Assembly: GCA_907165135.1 (NCBI GenBank)
Contig: OU015566.1
Location: 9,982,001-10,046,000, forward strand
DNA from: Oikopleura dioica
Taxonomy: Eukaryota; Animalia; Chordata
DNA: 64,000 nt
Direction: 5' to 3'
The notes below the pieces were generated by a model. That model had not been told where the DNA came from, searched no databases, and saw nothing but the letters and a program-made list of their open reading frames with translations. Position numbers and translations under genes: made by a program. Below are positions 51,753 through 64,000 of this stretch, piece by piece. The number at the start of each line of letters is the position of its first letter. Within the stretch, counting starts at the first letter, position 1.

Positions 51753-52232
51753 ATGAAACTTCCTTTTCTCAGCAGGGCACATGCAGAAGAGCTTTTTTAG
51801 AGATTCCGGAAAAAGCTAAATAATGAAAATGTAAGGTTTCAGAATCAATAATGATAAAGATGTATTTTTCTAGCTTCCGTGAAAATATCCGTGAAAAATA
51901 ATTTTTCAGTTCGACTTTCGCCCGATGTCGGCATGGCATGGAGACAAATTGCCACTGCATACAGAAAGTGGATCCTCCGATATATGGCCGAGTGTCGCGG
52001 CCAGATAAATCACCAATTGCACACAAGAAGATTGATCAAGGTCGCATCCAAGATCAACAAGCTCACTTTCGAAGGTAATTCGAGCTTATTCTCATTTTTT
52101 TATTTTACATTTTCAGTAAACGGTGTCAAGCCAATTGATTTCACCAGAGCTGTGTGGCGAAATGTCGGGTATGAAGTTACTGACGCTCCAGAAGAAACAA
52201 CAACTCCCACTTGGACAACAAATTCGACTTAA
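51753..52232 (+). CDS. Small orphan gene or pseudogene; 5' structure unresolved
   Basis: Spliced 3' exons give WRQIATAYRKWILRYMAECRGQINHQLHTRRLIKVASKINKLTFE|VNGVKPIDFTRAVWRNVGYEV..., followed by AATAAA-like signals. The upstream ATG frame hits a stop. Confidence 0.5.
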
Positions 52233-52421
52233 ATTCCTCGTTGATTTCATTTGATAAAAATAAAATTAGCTCTCACTTCGTCAAATAAATAATATTCCTG
52301 AAGCAGGTGACAGTAGCTCAGAGCATTCAGCAGTGACCGTATTACGAAAACTATGGGAAGAAAAGCACGTGTTTTACATTGAAATAGAAGCATGAAGGCA
52401 AAGATCTAAGATTTATTTAAA

Positions 52422-53690
52422 ATGAGAGTTTTTCTTCTCGCAGGAGCAGTGAGTGCAGTAGATTGGGTTCCCGGTGTAAACCCAGTAAACTGCGGTGCGG
52501 ATTATTTTCGGCCTGGCGCAGAGTGGCCGCTAGAATCTGTTGGTAACGCCGGGCGAACTGTCAGGCAAGGTCAAGCATTTTATATCTTTGTTGATCCGAG
52601 AGTTGCAGAATCTGTCAGAATCGATATGGAAACCCTCACTACTACGCGACGCTGTTTTCTATCGATGACTTGATTCCTGTTTACTCTGGTGGAAAGTTCA
52701 GGCGTTACAGCCACGAGCCTACCTTTTCTCGGCCGACGTCAAACTGGCACCATCTTCTCAACGGCCTTTGTGCAGTACGTTCTCGATTCCTCTCTTTTAG
52801 TATCTTGAAATTGATCGTGTTGTTATTGCCCCACTAAAGATCTGATTTCAAATTTAGATCAATCAAACTCATTAACAATCTATAGGAGCTACCCGACGCA
52901 AAGACATCTTTCTACGGAAATCTTGCGAGCGTTGGCTCCGCAAATTACGAAACCTGTCATCAGTGGCAGGTAGAGTTCTTCGGTCACGGGCTAAGTGCGG
53001 GTTAAGCCGGGTTGTTTAGCCGATTGATGAGGATTACCTTGGAAACAACGCTGAGATCAAAATTGACCGCGGTCACCTCGTACCCAGCGCGATTATGAAT
53101 CAAAATGAAATGGCCATGAAGGTACGATCGTAAAAGTCTCTTATAATTATTCGATCGAATTTCAGACGACCTTTACCTTGACAAACGTAGCGCCACAAAG
53201 CTCCAATTTCAACCAGCGTGCTTGGAACCAGCTAGAATGTATGGTCCGCAAGTTCATGGAACGAGATATTGACGGGAAAGACGCGTGGATTTATACAGGA
53301 ACGCATGGGACAAAGGGCTGGATGAATGAGGATAATCCAGCGAAGAGAAACGTCCGTATTCCCGCTGCCTATTGGAAAGGAAGGGGGCTTGACCTTGACA
53401 CTATCCTGCTGAAATTTTAGTTCGAGCTCTTTCCAAGCTTTTGCTACACTGACGATGCTACTGGGTACACTTACTCTTGGGTCTACTACCAAGAAAACGA
53501 AAACGACCAGACGATGTCCTCAGGGGACCTGTTCATGTCCGCAGAGACCTTCAGCAACACCTACTACGATGGAGAGCCAATCTTTGACGAGACTTGCCAG
53601 CGGCCAAACACAGGCTACGGCCCATGGTACGGTCTTATCATGGACTGGGACGCGTATTTGACAAGATACAGGAAGGGCTTGAGAATCTAG
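52422..53690 (+). CDS. Secreted DNA/RNA non-specific (His-Me finger) endonuclease, ENDOD1-like
   Basis: Signal peptide MRVFLLAGAVSA, ICQNRYG..YYATLFSIDDLIPVYSG, catalytic IDRGHLVPS, TFTLTNVAPQSSNFNQRAWNQLE, WIYTG, VRIPAAYWK. Confidence 0.9.
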
Positions 53691-54744
53691 ATTTACTGGC
53701 GTGCTAATATGTCTTCAAATGTCATAAAATGAGAGCGTGTCAATACTGTAGGCTCTGAGAGAGTCCATTTCAAATAGAGAAGTGATATTTGAGTGGCATA
53801 TTGAAAAGCTACTAATGTAAGTTTAATCAATCACCAATTTAATTAATTCGGAATCGGCAATTCCCAAAAATGACCATGACCTTGGGGCAAGATAAAAGGC
53901 TTAGAATAACTAGAAAGAGAATGTCCTCAAGTCTTGGCACAGTTGCAAATAGAATTGTTCGCTGTTTTTTCAATATGTGTAAACTCCCATTATTGTAATA
54001 AAAGACTCGAATTTGATGAAGAAGAGAGAGAAAGAAGTGTGTGTCCTTTGTCTGGCTAAACAAGTTGCGCCCTAACGCGCCGCAATAGCGCGTGTAGTTT
54101 CTCAACTTGAGAGTTGTCTTACTTGCCAGTTAAACTCGGTTAGAAACGAATAACAATCGCCCTTTGCTTCTTTTTAATTTATAATCTATTTACGAAAGGA
54201 GCGAGCATCAAAGAGAAAATCGAGCTATCAGGTAATAAAAAATCGTTCTTCATCACAGCTAACGATTCCAATTGTCAGTCTTGAGAGAAGCTAATTTAAA
54301 TCTTTATTAGTTGAAGAAACCTAGTTAAAAAGATGGATCTTAATTACAGTCATGTTTCAGTTGTAGTTTTTTTGTGCTTCTTCAAATCGTTTTTTCACGA
54401 TATATAATTACAAGCCTCGTATTTTTTACGATTTCCCGTCCGTTCATTTTCGCGTTTTTTTTTCTTTCTCTTGCAAAAATAAAAAATAACCATTGAATCG
54501 TTCAGAATTGTCTGAGAGCGGCTAATTCGGAAGAGAAATCAGAAGTTGGGAACTGAATACAGCTTCAGCTGTCAAAAATTTGGTGCATTAGCGTCAACTC
54601 TCTGGCACTTGCAAATTTGTACAGATCTCCTCTTTTACTGCTTGAAAGATACAATGAGAATCGCCGCACATGCCCCCTGAATAAATCCGAGAAAAAGATC
54701 AACACGACGCAGAACTTTTCCTGAGCGAATTTTTGTGGGAACCG

Positions 54745-55279
54745 ATGATCAGTAGAGATGATATTTTCAGCTGGTGCCTCGCCGTCGTCGATATTTTAGT
54801 CATTATTATTTTATCTGTGGCGTATTACTGTAAGTAAAGGTCGCTTGTGGACACTAACAACTGATTAAATTTGTATACCTTTGCTTCTCTGACTTTGAAA
54901 ATGAAGAAGGTTCCTTGCCTTATCTTTATTTTTATACCACATTTTGACGCAGTCTCAGAAACAATTAAATAAAGTATTACTTCAATACTATCGTCTTGAA
55001 GGACTTTTATTACGTGTGGGATGCCCCTAATTTGAGCTCTAAACTGGCCTACTACGCAACAGAACAACGCTATTTCAATCATAAATTCTTATTGACAGTT
55101 CAATTTCAGGTTATATTCAATACTACGGCGAGCAAAACCTAAAAGACAAGTATCTGAGCGAGCGGCAGAAGCGCAACCAGCTGAATCCGATGAAAGACCT
55201 TTTTCAATTTTTGCTCAAATACTTCAATGAAAATCAATCCAAAGAAAACCGAAGCATAGAAAAGGCTTCAAGAAAATGA
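54745..55279 (+). CDS. Candidate two-exon 84-aa signal-anchor peptide precursor
   Basis: Exon 54745-54829 (MISRDDIFSWCLAVVDILVIIILSVAYY, gtaagt donor) and exon 55110-55279 (tttcag acceptor; CYIQYYGEQNLKDKYLSERQKRNQLNPMKDLFQFLLKYFNE...) join in phase 1. Confidence 0.5.
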
Positions 55280-56366
55280 GAAAATCTAGTCTGCCCGAAT
55301 GAATTCAACTATCTGTCTGAACCGAGTTAAACCTGCAAAAGTCAGGACGGAATTACAGTCATTTATCAAAAGAATAAAGCGATTCTTCAATAAATTAAGA
55401 GACTAGGGCAGGTGTTATCGTTTTCTTATACCGATTTGAACGAGTATTATCGAAGCATTTGAAACAATTTGACGGGGGATTAAAGCATCAGAATAAATTT
55501 ATCATCTGAAACATGCTCATAATAAGAATTTTTGAACTTCTTTACTTCAGTCTTATTCGCAGTCTTTATTCTTGCTATTTTGCTTTTCAAAAGATCTCTT
55601 GCACGGCACAGAGCATTCTTCGCACGGGCATATAAATTATATGATATAATTCGCAGCGTCGGCGAGTTTTTCTAAGGAAGCGTCCTCTTCTTCCCTTATT
55701 TGTTGATGTATTTTACTGATGATTCGATGTTCATATTCGGCGTCTATCAGATTACATTGAATAAAATATAACTGCTAATTTCTAATCAAAATATTAAAAT
55801 TTCGAAGCAGAAGCTTTTTTAATAGAATCAAATTAAATTCGTCAATTTCAGTAGTGACTCATGATTAGTCGAATTACCATCAACCTTGGATAAAACAATC
55901 ATGATTCGGCGATTCTCAAATTCAGTCGCATTTCGATACAATTCGACTCAAGTTCCCACGAGTGCGCTCGACTTGTCGCTCTCGCTTGGACCAGCTTTAT
56001 TTTTTATTTTTATATTTTCGAGAATAGCAGTTTCTTTCTCGAGATTTCGTTTCACTTGCCGGCATTTTATGTTTTTCTTCCTGCGTTTTTACATTTTTTC
56101 GCTGTTTTTAGAGAACAATTTTTTCAGAGAAAAAAGGTTGAAATCATTGAAGACTACTGGTATTTTTATCAAAAAGCCTCCCCAATGGGGAGTCCCCATT
56201 AAAATTTAACGAATTTTGTATTTTTGAAATACATGATTTTAATAAATTATTAATGATAAAAATTTCTCCGGTAACGTATGTTCAACCGTCTTAGTTGCCG
56301 CCATATTTTTCTTTGATTTCAACCCTTTTTCTTCAATAATCTTTTCCGTTTCAGACTTGTCGAATA

Positions 56367-59300
56367 ATGGATCCTCAAAAAGGCGACATGAGCCAATTTG
56401 AAAGTGAGAGTGAAAAGAGTGAAGAACTCGAATCCCAGATGCCTGAACTGGGTGAGGAAGACACGAATAAGCTCAATGAGATCAAGCACTTACTCCTTCA
56501 TGAGATCGAGGAAGGAATGACGATGTCGTCGACGAATCTGCGCGTTCTGACCTCGACGCGGGAGATGTCCTTTAGAATGTGGGACAAGTGCATTCGAACG
56601 ATCATTGCAACCATGCACAAGACTTTGAGAGATATTAGACGCCAAGGTATGGAGCATGAAATGAAGTTAATGCAGTTTTTCAAATTCGAATAGGTGCGAT
56701 ATTGCTGTGCGACAAGTATTTTGATGAAATAAAGCTAGAAATGCGGCGATATAAGCGACTCAAACATGCAAGAGGGAAAGTCATGTGTACTTATGATTTA
56801 GGTAAGAATTTTACTTGCGTATTCACTCCATATAATTTCATTCAGAGGAGATCAACAAGCTCGATGATGATTATGGAAGGACCATTCTCTGTAAAAACCG
56901 AGTGTGTCTCATTCCAAAGATCCAATTTGATGATCAAGCACTTTTCAAGTTTGCGGTGCAGTTGCCACTTACGGTCAGTTCCGATATTTTCCCACTAATC
57001 ATACCCTCTTATAAAGGTCGATATGCCGATAATAGAAGATATGCAGCTGCCTCCCATGGACGAGTTCCCCGTGTTCAACACAGTCTACTTTGCCAGCATC
57101 GAGCAAACAAAGTTCATGCTTCCCTACCTGATCTGCACTCGAGACGAGCGCGGGCCAGAGCTCATGGCGCACATTCTAGCGCCTCTTCGCCGCGAGAAGG
57201 ACTTGCCACAAGTTAGAGCCGTCAGAGGAAGGTGGAGCTTTGCGATCTCCCTTTTTGGTGTCAGGTGAGAACAAAGAAAAAATGGTAAAAACTAATCTCA
57301 TTTCCAGCTGGGCAAGAGTGGCCATACAAGTCTTTAATCGACGTCCTGACGCTGACAATCCACGTGACAATGTAAGTTCCCCCTTTTTACCATTGTTTTA
57401 TACTGCCGAAGGTACTGGTCCTCTTCCTAGACGATCATCGAAAACAGGCTTGCTGGAACAATGAGTTCGCCAACTTTTACGAGATTCCGCGCGAGTACAA
57501 CTTCAAGCACATCCCTGCTTTTACCTTCCATGTCTGGCTGTGTGATGTTGACTATCGATGGGCGACGTATGGATCTAAAGCGAGAATACCCTTGGGCGAA
57601 CGCAAGAATGTCATAAAGAAGTTCATCAAGTCCTTCAAGGACTACGAAACTCACGAGCCAGAGTGCTGCGTCAAAGTCACCGGCAAGCGTGGCGAGGAGC
57701 CGTGGGCCTTCAATGGCGACATTTTCCTCGGTCTCAGCAAGACGATTGCTTCGAATATGGAGAAAAACGATGTGAGAGCGCACTCGATGCAGTACCTTTT
57801 GAGATCGACTTTCAATATGATGGGTGACAAGGAAGAAGTCACATACGAGGGGCGCCCCGTTTTCGAACGAGCGAAAGAGAAGTTCAAGCCTTCAACGATT
57901 CCTCCGATGCCAAAGTATGAAAACGGCAAATACGTGGGATATTCTGATCCTGAAGACGAAGAAGAAAGCGAAGACATAGACGCGCCAGTGAGAATAAAGC
58001 CTCAAGAGAAGAGTGTCGACCTCAAAGCTGCACTTGATTCTTTTGACAAACGGTATGCTAATGAGCTCTTTCTTGACAAAGATTTGGATGGGATTGCCCC
58101 TTTTCCTGAAGATGAGCTTTCTGATATCGAAGATGGCATGGCGAAGATAGATGAAGATATGAAGAACGTAGCTGATGAAATGGAATACAAGAAGAACTTG
58201 CGAAAGTTTAATTTAACAAGAAAACTGAGCGAGGACCTTGAAAAGTACACTGACTCTTCGTCTGAAAGTGACTCCAGCGATAAAGCAACAAGACGATCAA
58301 TCGACGAAAACAAAGAAGAAAGTGAAGTAGAGAACAAGAGTGAAATGGAAGAAGAAAGTGATGAAGACTGGGGCAATAACTCGAGCCCCACGGTGAAAAA
58401 AGATGATAAAATGGATACATCTAACAGTGCTTTACAAAAACCCGAAGAGATTGGATGTCGATTTGATGGCCATATCGACTCTCCAGTTGACGAAACCGGT
58501 GATTGTCCATCGGAGAAGATAGAAGAGAACCAGATCCATGATGAACTGCCTGCATCAGTAAGGGTTCCCAGCAATCCTAATTTTGAGACGACTTATTCAA
58601 TGATTGCAGAAGGAAGATCTCCTGATCCTGGTCTGTCTAAGAAAAGAGGGAGGCTCCAGCTTGATTCAGAACCACAACCTGGTCCACCAACTTCTTCGCC
58701 TGCCAAAAAGGCTCCGGTTATGACTAAGAAGCGATTCAACTTGCTGAGCCAGAAACGCAGTTTTAAAATACCGACACGGCACAAGAAAGAAAAGAAGTTC
58801 AAAATGGGAAAATCCCTATTGTACAAAAGTCTTCGCCAATCATATGACTTTACCGAAAATCCGCTGAAGATAGATGTGATAAGAAAACAGTTACAAGTAA
58901 TAGATCCGAGCACGGTCGATGGGCCCATCAAGTATCTTTACGAAATGACGGACCTTGAGCGGTGGGAAAACGCAGACATGATTAACGATAAGGATGTCTC
59001 GCTGGAAGACAAGGACGGCATCGTCCACGTGGCGAGTGTCAATCAAAGACGAGAATTCCGCAAAGAAACGAAAAAGACAACATCGAAGTTTTCTGGAGAC
59101 AAGTTCCGATCTCTTGTCGAGGAAAATGAAGAGCTGTACCAGCGGTTTTACGACTATTTTTTCGGACCCTCTGAGCCATCGAAGAATAAACTCATGAATC
59201 ACCAAAAGCGATTCAAAACTGAGCGTCTTCTTTGGGATATCAACGGAACGCGAAAGTTACGCGAGTCTCTCTTGGAATTTGTGAAGATAGAGCATTCCGA

Positions 59301-61926
59301 GTTTTTAGTTTTCTTTGAGGCGTTTGAGATGCCTTGCTCTTTTGGTCAAGCTTTCAAAAAGCAGGCCGAGTTGCGGCATCAACACGCTGGCACTGATGAA
59401 GACAATGAAGAGGGTACGCTTGGTTGGCGAGAGGATGCATTCAACCAAGTTCCCTTGAAGGTAAAGCGAAAGAAGCTGCAAGAGGATATGTCGGTGCCTA
59501 ACAAATGGAGGAGCATCGAAAGATGGGAGTACTCAAGGAAAATGCTTGCGAAAAAAATTCGTAAAGAGCAGAAAGCTGCGAAAAAAATTAAAAGAGAAAA
59601 AGAAGAAGCTCTTCAGGCGAAACTCGACGCCGCGAAGGGAATAATCAGACCGCCAAAAGTAACCCCGAAGAAAAAGCCTAAGATGTCGAAAAAGATCTCT
59701 CTGGAAGAAGTCCTTGCTTGGCCTGTCGAAAAGGTGCTGAAGGCAGTCGACAAGGAATCCAAGCATGCTGAAAAAGCACCAAAACATCCGCTACGTGACT
59801 CCAGTGACCCACAACTGGAAGGGGCCAAGATGAGCAAAAATGTCCGACGCGATTCGAAAGCAAAGTTGTCCTCTAAGGTGCCAGACCAAGCAGCTTCAAA
59901 TACTTTCAAGCACGAAAAAGATTCAGTGAAGGATTCGAATACTCCCGAATGGAGAGCTAAACGATTAGAAGATGCGGCTGACGAGGCAGAGTTCTCAAAA
60001 GTTATACTTAATTTTAGATAAATATTGAAAATATGAATAGAATCGTGAACCCATCAAAGCCATTGCCCCAGGAAAATAAGACCGGAAAGCCGTACTATCC
60101 ACCTCCCAAACGATCAACCTCGAGTCAGTCGAATTTATCACGGCATTCTGAGAAGATATATGGTCGGCAATCTGTCCAGAGAAATAAATCTAGGCCGGAG
60201 TTCGGCGCGACAAACGACGAGGATAAGCCGCCATCATACCAACCTCCTCATCGAGCCTCTCGTTCACGTTCGCAGGAGTTTGGAGATCGAGATCGTGGGC
60301 AGAACGAGGACAGAGAGAAACATGATTCGCAGCTCAAGGAGAAGCGGCGCTCAAAGGATGACCACAGCCGAATAAAAGTGCCTGAAAATCGAGGTGAATC
60401 TTCTACAGTTAATGAGACTGGACGTGCTGAATTTGTGACGATGGAGCAGTTGAAAAAGTATCACACGATCTCTGTTCCAACTTATCAAGGTTTGTCATTG
60501 ACTATTTGGGATTGTCGATCATTAAAAATCATTAAGGTCATGCTGCTCCCCTTGACCTTCCACCGCGACCTTCTATGGCACCTATGAAGAAATCTGAACT
60601 CATCCGGCAGGAAAAAGAAGCAGCTGTTGCAAGAGCTCAAGAGCTCAAAGCGATGGCGAAAAAGTCAGGTTGGGATGAATCCTCTCCCGAGAACAATGTC
60701 CGAAAAGCTTCTTTTACATCCAGGGACCGCCTAGATAGTCGGGACAGACCTGTTCACATTCGTTTCCGTTCCGATGATGATCGCAGTCCATCACCACCTC
60801 GTCGACGTAGGTCACCATCTCCGAGGAGATATGATGCACCTTCATATCGTGGTCGAAGTCCATCTGAAGAGCGCCCTAGAATTTACGATGACCGCGGATT
60901 CGACCGTGGATATGACCGAGACTATGATCGAGGTTATGATCGAGGATATGATCGTGGGTATGATCGCGGAAATGACCGATCGTATGATAATCGAAGCTAT
61001 GATGATCGAAACTACGATAATCGTAGCTATGACAGTCGTCCGTTTGAGAAACGATACGAAACGAATCGTGACCGAACTGATTACAACCATAACAGGTAAA
61101 CTATCAGATGCTTTCTAGCATCTGAATCATTTTATAGAATTGACTCTGGTGACGACGACAGACATCCTTACGGCACCATTAGGAACGAATTCCGGGATCG
61201 CCGTGGCTACAAATCATCAGTCAACTTCAAGACTCGAGGGAATAACAATGGTTACTTCAAGAATCACCACTGGAACAGCAACCGTGGCTTCAACAACTAC
61301 GGCTTTGGATACAACAACAAGCGAGGTGGCTATCGTAATTCGAATCGCAACAATTACGAAGACTTCGCTCGAAAAAATAGCCTTCCTTATGGGTACAAGT
61401 AAGCATGCAACAGGTATCCCAAGACTTCAGACATACTTTTAGGCATGGCAGTAACTCGTTCGGTGATTCTAAAATAGACTTGAGACTAAAGCATCAAAGC
61501 GAAAGAAGACCCCAACGCGCTGACACTCACTTCGAGCCAGGACAAGGATGCGGCGGTTGGAATTCAAACGATGTGCATGCATCAAAACCAGGAACGCCAA
61601 AGACAGAAGGTAGGACTTCAACAGAGCTTCAAAATAAACCAAATAACTTAGAGAGTCATTTTCAATTACCAACTTGGGACACTCAAAGCAAAGCTCCTGA
61701 GAAATGCTACATGGTTCGAGTCAAGAATCTTGGAAAGTGGAGTCTCGATGATGTCAAAGGCCTGTTTGCAACATTCGGAACTAAGAACATCAACAAAGAT
61801 GGCGATGATTGGCTTGTTACTTTCGCTACTCAGACAGACATGGATGAAGCTAGGATTGTCGACGGAGAGGTCTTGCCCTCGAAGAGTGGGAACAGAAAGA
61901 TCAGAGTCTTTCAAGAACGTTGTTAG
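56367..61926 (+). CDS. Large orphan protein (~1,700 aa) with acidic/basic regions, RD/RS and Asn-Gly-Tyr low-complexity tracts, and a C-terminal RRM-like domain
   Basis: Provided ORFs can be spliced in frame through about nine short introns. AG acceptor 12 nt before the ATG. C-terminus CYMVRVKNLGKWSLDDVKGLFATFG..DWLVTFATQTDMDEARIVDGEVL..KIRV has an RRM-like pattern. Confidence 0.8.
60890..61040 (+). repeat. Coding 12-bp/15-bp tandem repeat (DRGY)n then (YDxRS)n
   Basis: TATGATCGAGGT-like units encoding DRGFDRGYDRDYDRGYDRGYDRGYDRGNDRSYDNRSYDDRNYDNRSY. Confidence 0.85.
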
Positions 61927-62053
61927 AAAATTTTTATTTTACTGCCACGTCACACTTTCTACTGCCACTCGATCAGGCATTTATACTTGTTCACTTATTT
62001 TGTGTTTTACGAGTTTATTTAAATAAAATTAATTATTTGAACAATCTGATGGC

Positions 62054-64000
62054 TCATTGATTATTTGCACGAACAGAGAAAGGTTTTAGATTGAGGTAAT
62101 CTGCTGCAGCATTGAGTCTTGTTATCAGAATTCCGACCTAAAATGCATGTCATTGTAGCTCATCTATTTTTGCTTACCTGTCGTTGGATCTCCTCTTTGT
62201 CGCCAAGAGCGAAGTAATTTGAGAGTCCCGGATAAGTTGCTGGTCCACCTTCCGCTCTACTGGTGACAACTACATTTTGAAGATCTTGCTGAATCGGGTG
62301 GCAGCAATTTTGATCCGTTAGATATTTCGAAAAGTTCAGTAGACGCATAAATGATCGCTTCTTGTCTGCATTTTCGCTCGTATCGTAGTTATTTTTTGCA
62401 GAAATGAGCTATATCGTGGCTGATAAGATTGCAAGTTTATATTGATGTGACATTTGAAAATTCAACCATTCCTGAGATTTTAACGACGCACTTGCTCTTT
62501 TTATCAAATTCTGCTGGTTCGAGGAAATCTCGCTGCCTACTTCAGGGAGCTTTTCATCCAAGTTATCGATGTATCTCGACATTGGAGATGGATCGATGGG
62601 GAAGAAATCGGAACAAGAAGCTCTGATAAGAAATGCACCGGTGACTTCTGTCACTTTCTTTGCAGCAACGAATCCTGGGTCGATCATTTTCACGTATTCG
62701 TAGTTGTCGTATCCTTATTGATTCGTTAGCTTATATTTTTATTTAATTCATATTGCATTTTTGCTTTATATATGGCAAAAATACCAGTGTGGTATGTTGA
62801 ATAGATTCCAATTTTTCTTGTTGTCTGGCTGAAGCCAACATCAATCACCGGAACGCCTCCAAAATGATGGAATGGAGCATAGTCTGACCCGAGACCTAAT
62901 AAAATTATAAACCGGCTAGCATGTTATTTCAAACCAGGATTCCCAATGTTTGGTCTGCCATCAGCTCCAGTCTTTTCTACCCACCGATCGGTAACGCTCA
63001 TGCTTGAATCTTTATGATCCTTTATGTAGTCGGTTATTTCAAAAACAAATTCGTGCATTTGTTGAGAGGCTCCTGCTCTGAAGTACTCGTTTCCTTGGAA
63101 ACTAACATCTAAAATGAATTTGTATCCGTCAAATCTTTTTTTATATTCTACCGGCGTTGATGTAAAGAATGGCTCGTTCTTTGAGTACCGCCAGGAATTC
63201 CTCCACGAATTCTATACTGCCCATGAGTCCGTGTTCTTCACTGCCCCACGAACAGAAGATGACAGTTCTCTTTGGCCTGATGTTCAGCTCTTTGAAGAGT
63301 CTTGAAATCTCAAAAATTGATGTCATTCCAGCTCCTGCGTCGATAGCTCCGTGCACCCAAGAATCGCGATGATTTCCAATCAAGACATACTCATCTGGGT
63401 ACTCAGATCCCTCGATTATTCCAATAACATCTTGAGACTTCTTTCGTTCATACTTGACCGCGATCTGAATGTCAAAAGTTTGACCGTTCTTGATGCTCCC
63501 TCCGAAATTCATAAGAGTAGCCATTGCTGACTCATCCTTCCATTCTTGTGGGACAGGTCCACCTTCCAGTTCAGAAAGCAAGTGTTGTGCATCGCCCCAA
63601 GCAATTGGCTGAGATGGAAGTGGTGCCCAAATGTGCGGCGAGTCTATTTGTTCTCTAGTATAGTTGAGGAGGTCTCTCCAATCGTCAAAATAAGCCCCTT
63701 CGATTGATGGATAACCCGGTGAAGTCGGATCACCACGTTTGTACTTCGCGGAGCCTCGTTGAACAGTATCTTCTGGAATTCCGGGACCCTCGGGAAAAAC
63801 TTTGTCGTTTTCATCAGATGCATCGTGCGGATCAGAAAAGATGAGGACTGCTTGAGCACCGTAAGGTTTCACGTTTCTGCCTTTATCTGGTCGCCCAGCG
63901 CCGCCACCATATTTGCAGATGACGACTGAATCTTGGAAAATATCAGGATCCTGAGATAGAAGCCATTGAACATTGTCTGGATTACAGTAATGTCCGTAGA
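62054..64000 (-). CDS. Glutamate carboxypeptidase II/NAALADase (M28B) family, 3' part; 5' end lies beyond the window
   Basis: GAQAVLIFSDP, QRGS, GDPTSPGYPS, LPSQPI, EYPDEYVLIGNHRDSWVHGAID, RPKRTVIFCSWGSEEHGLMGSIEFVE, YINA|DVSFQGN, and a TfR-like C-terminus ending LNAAADYL... Confidence 0.93.

Noticed and set aside
57427-59909. Many minus-strand ORFs rich in Ser, Phe and Leu
   Set aside because: Antisense shadows of the long plus-strand exon.
1-64000. tRNA, 5S rRNA, snRNA or SL RNA genes
   Set aside because: No convincing cloverleaf or recognisable RNA-gene sequence seen by eye; tRNAscan-SE or Infernal would be needed to exclude them.

Overview
Eukaryotic genomic DNA, very likely from a larvacean tunicate such as Oikopleura dioica. 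This is inferred from 35-100 nt introns, recurrent GA-AG/GC-AG splice sites, tightly packed co-oriented genes, and AG acceptors just before the ATG. The window has two halves. Bases 1-30 kb are gene-poor: an 852-bp hAT-type MITE, four of five TTAA-flanked Kolobok-like MITE insertions running into the next gene, decayed ORF remnants, a cold-shock-domain gene, an orphan 4-TM gene, and a long-intron orphan gene encoding a probable secreted precursor with an RKRR site. Bases 30-64 kb are compact and operon-like: CFAP57, NUP35, a clarin-family gene, MORN2, a gene for an orphan protein with four divergent homeodomains, KIN17, EMC1, a PLAC8-family gene, an MPPE1-like phosphoesterase, a secreted non-specific endonuclease, a candidate 84-aa peptide precursor, a ~1,700-aa orphan low-complexity/RRM-like protein, and the 3' part of a glutamate carboxypeptidase II gene. 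Gene models were spliced by eye and family calls come from remembered motifs; no database searches were run.
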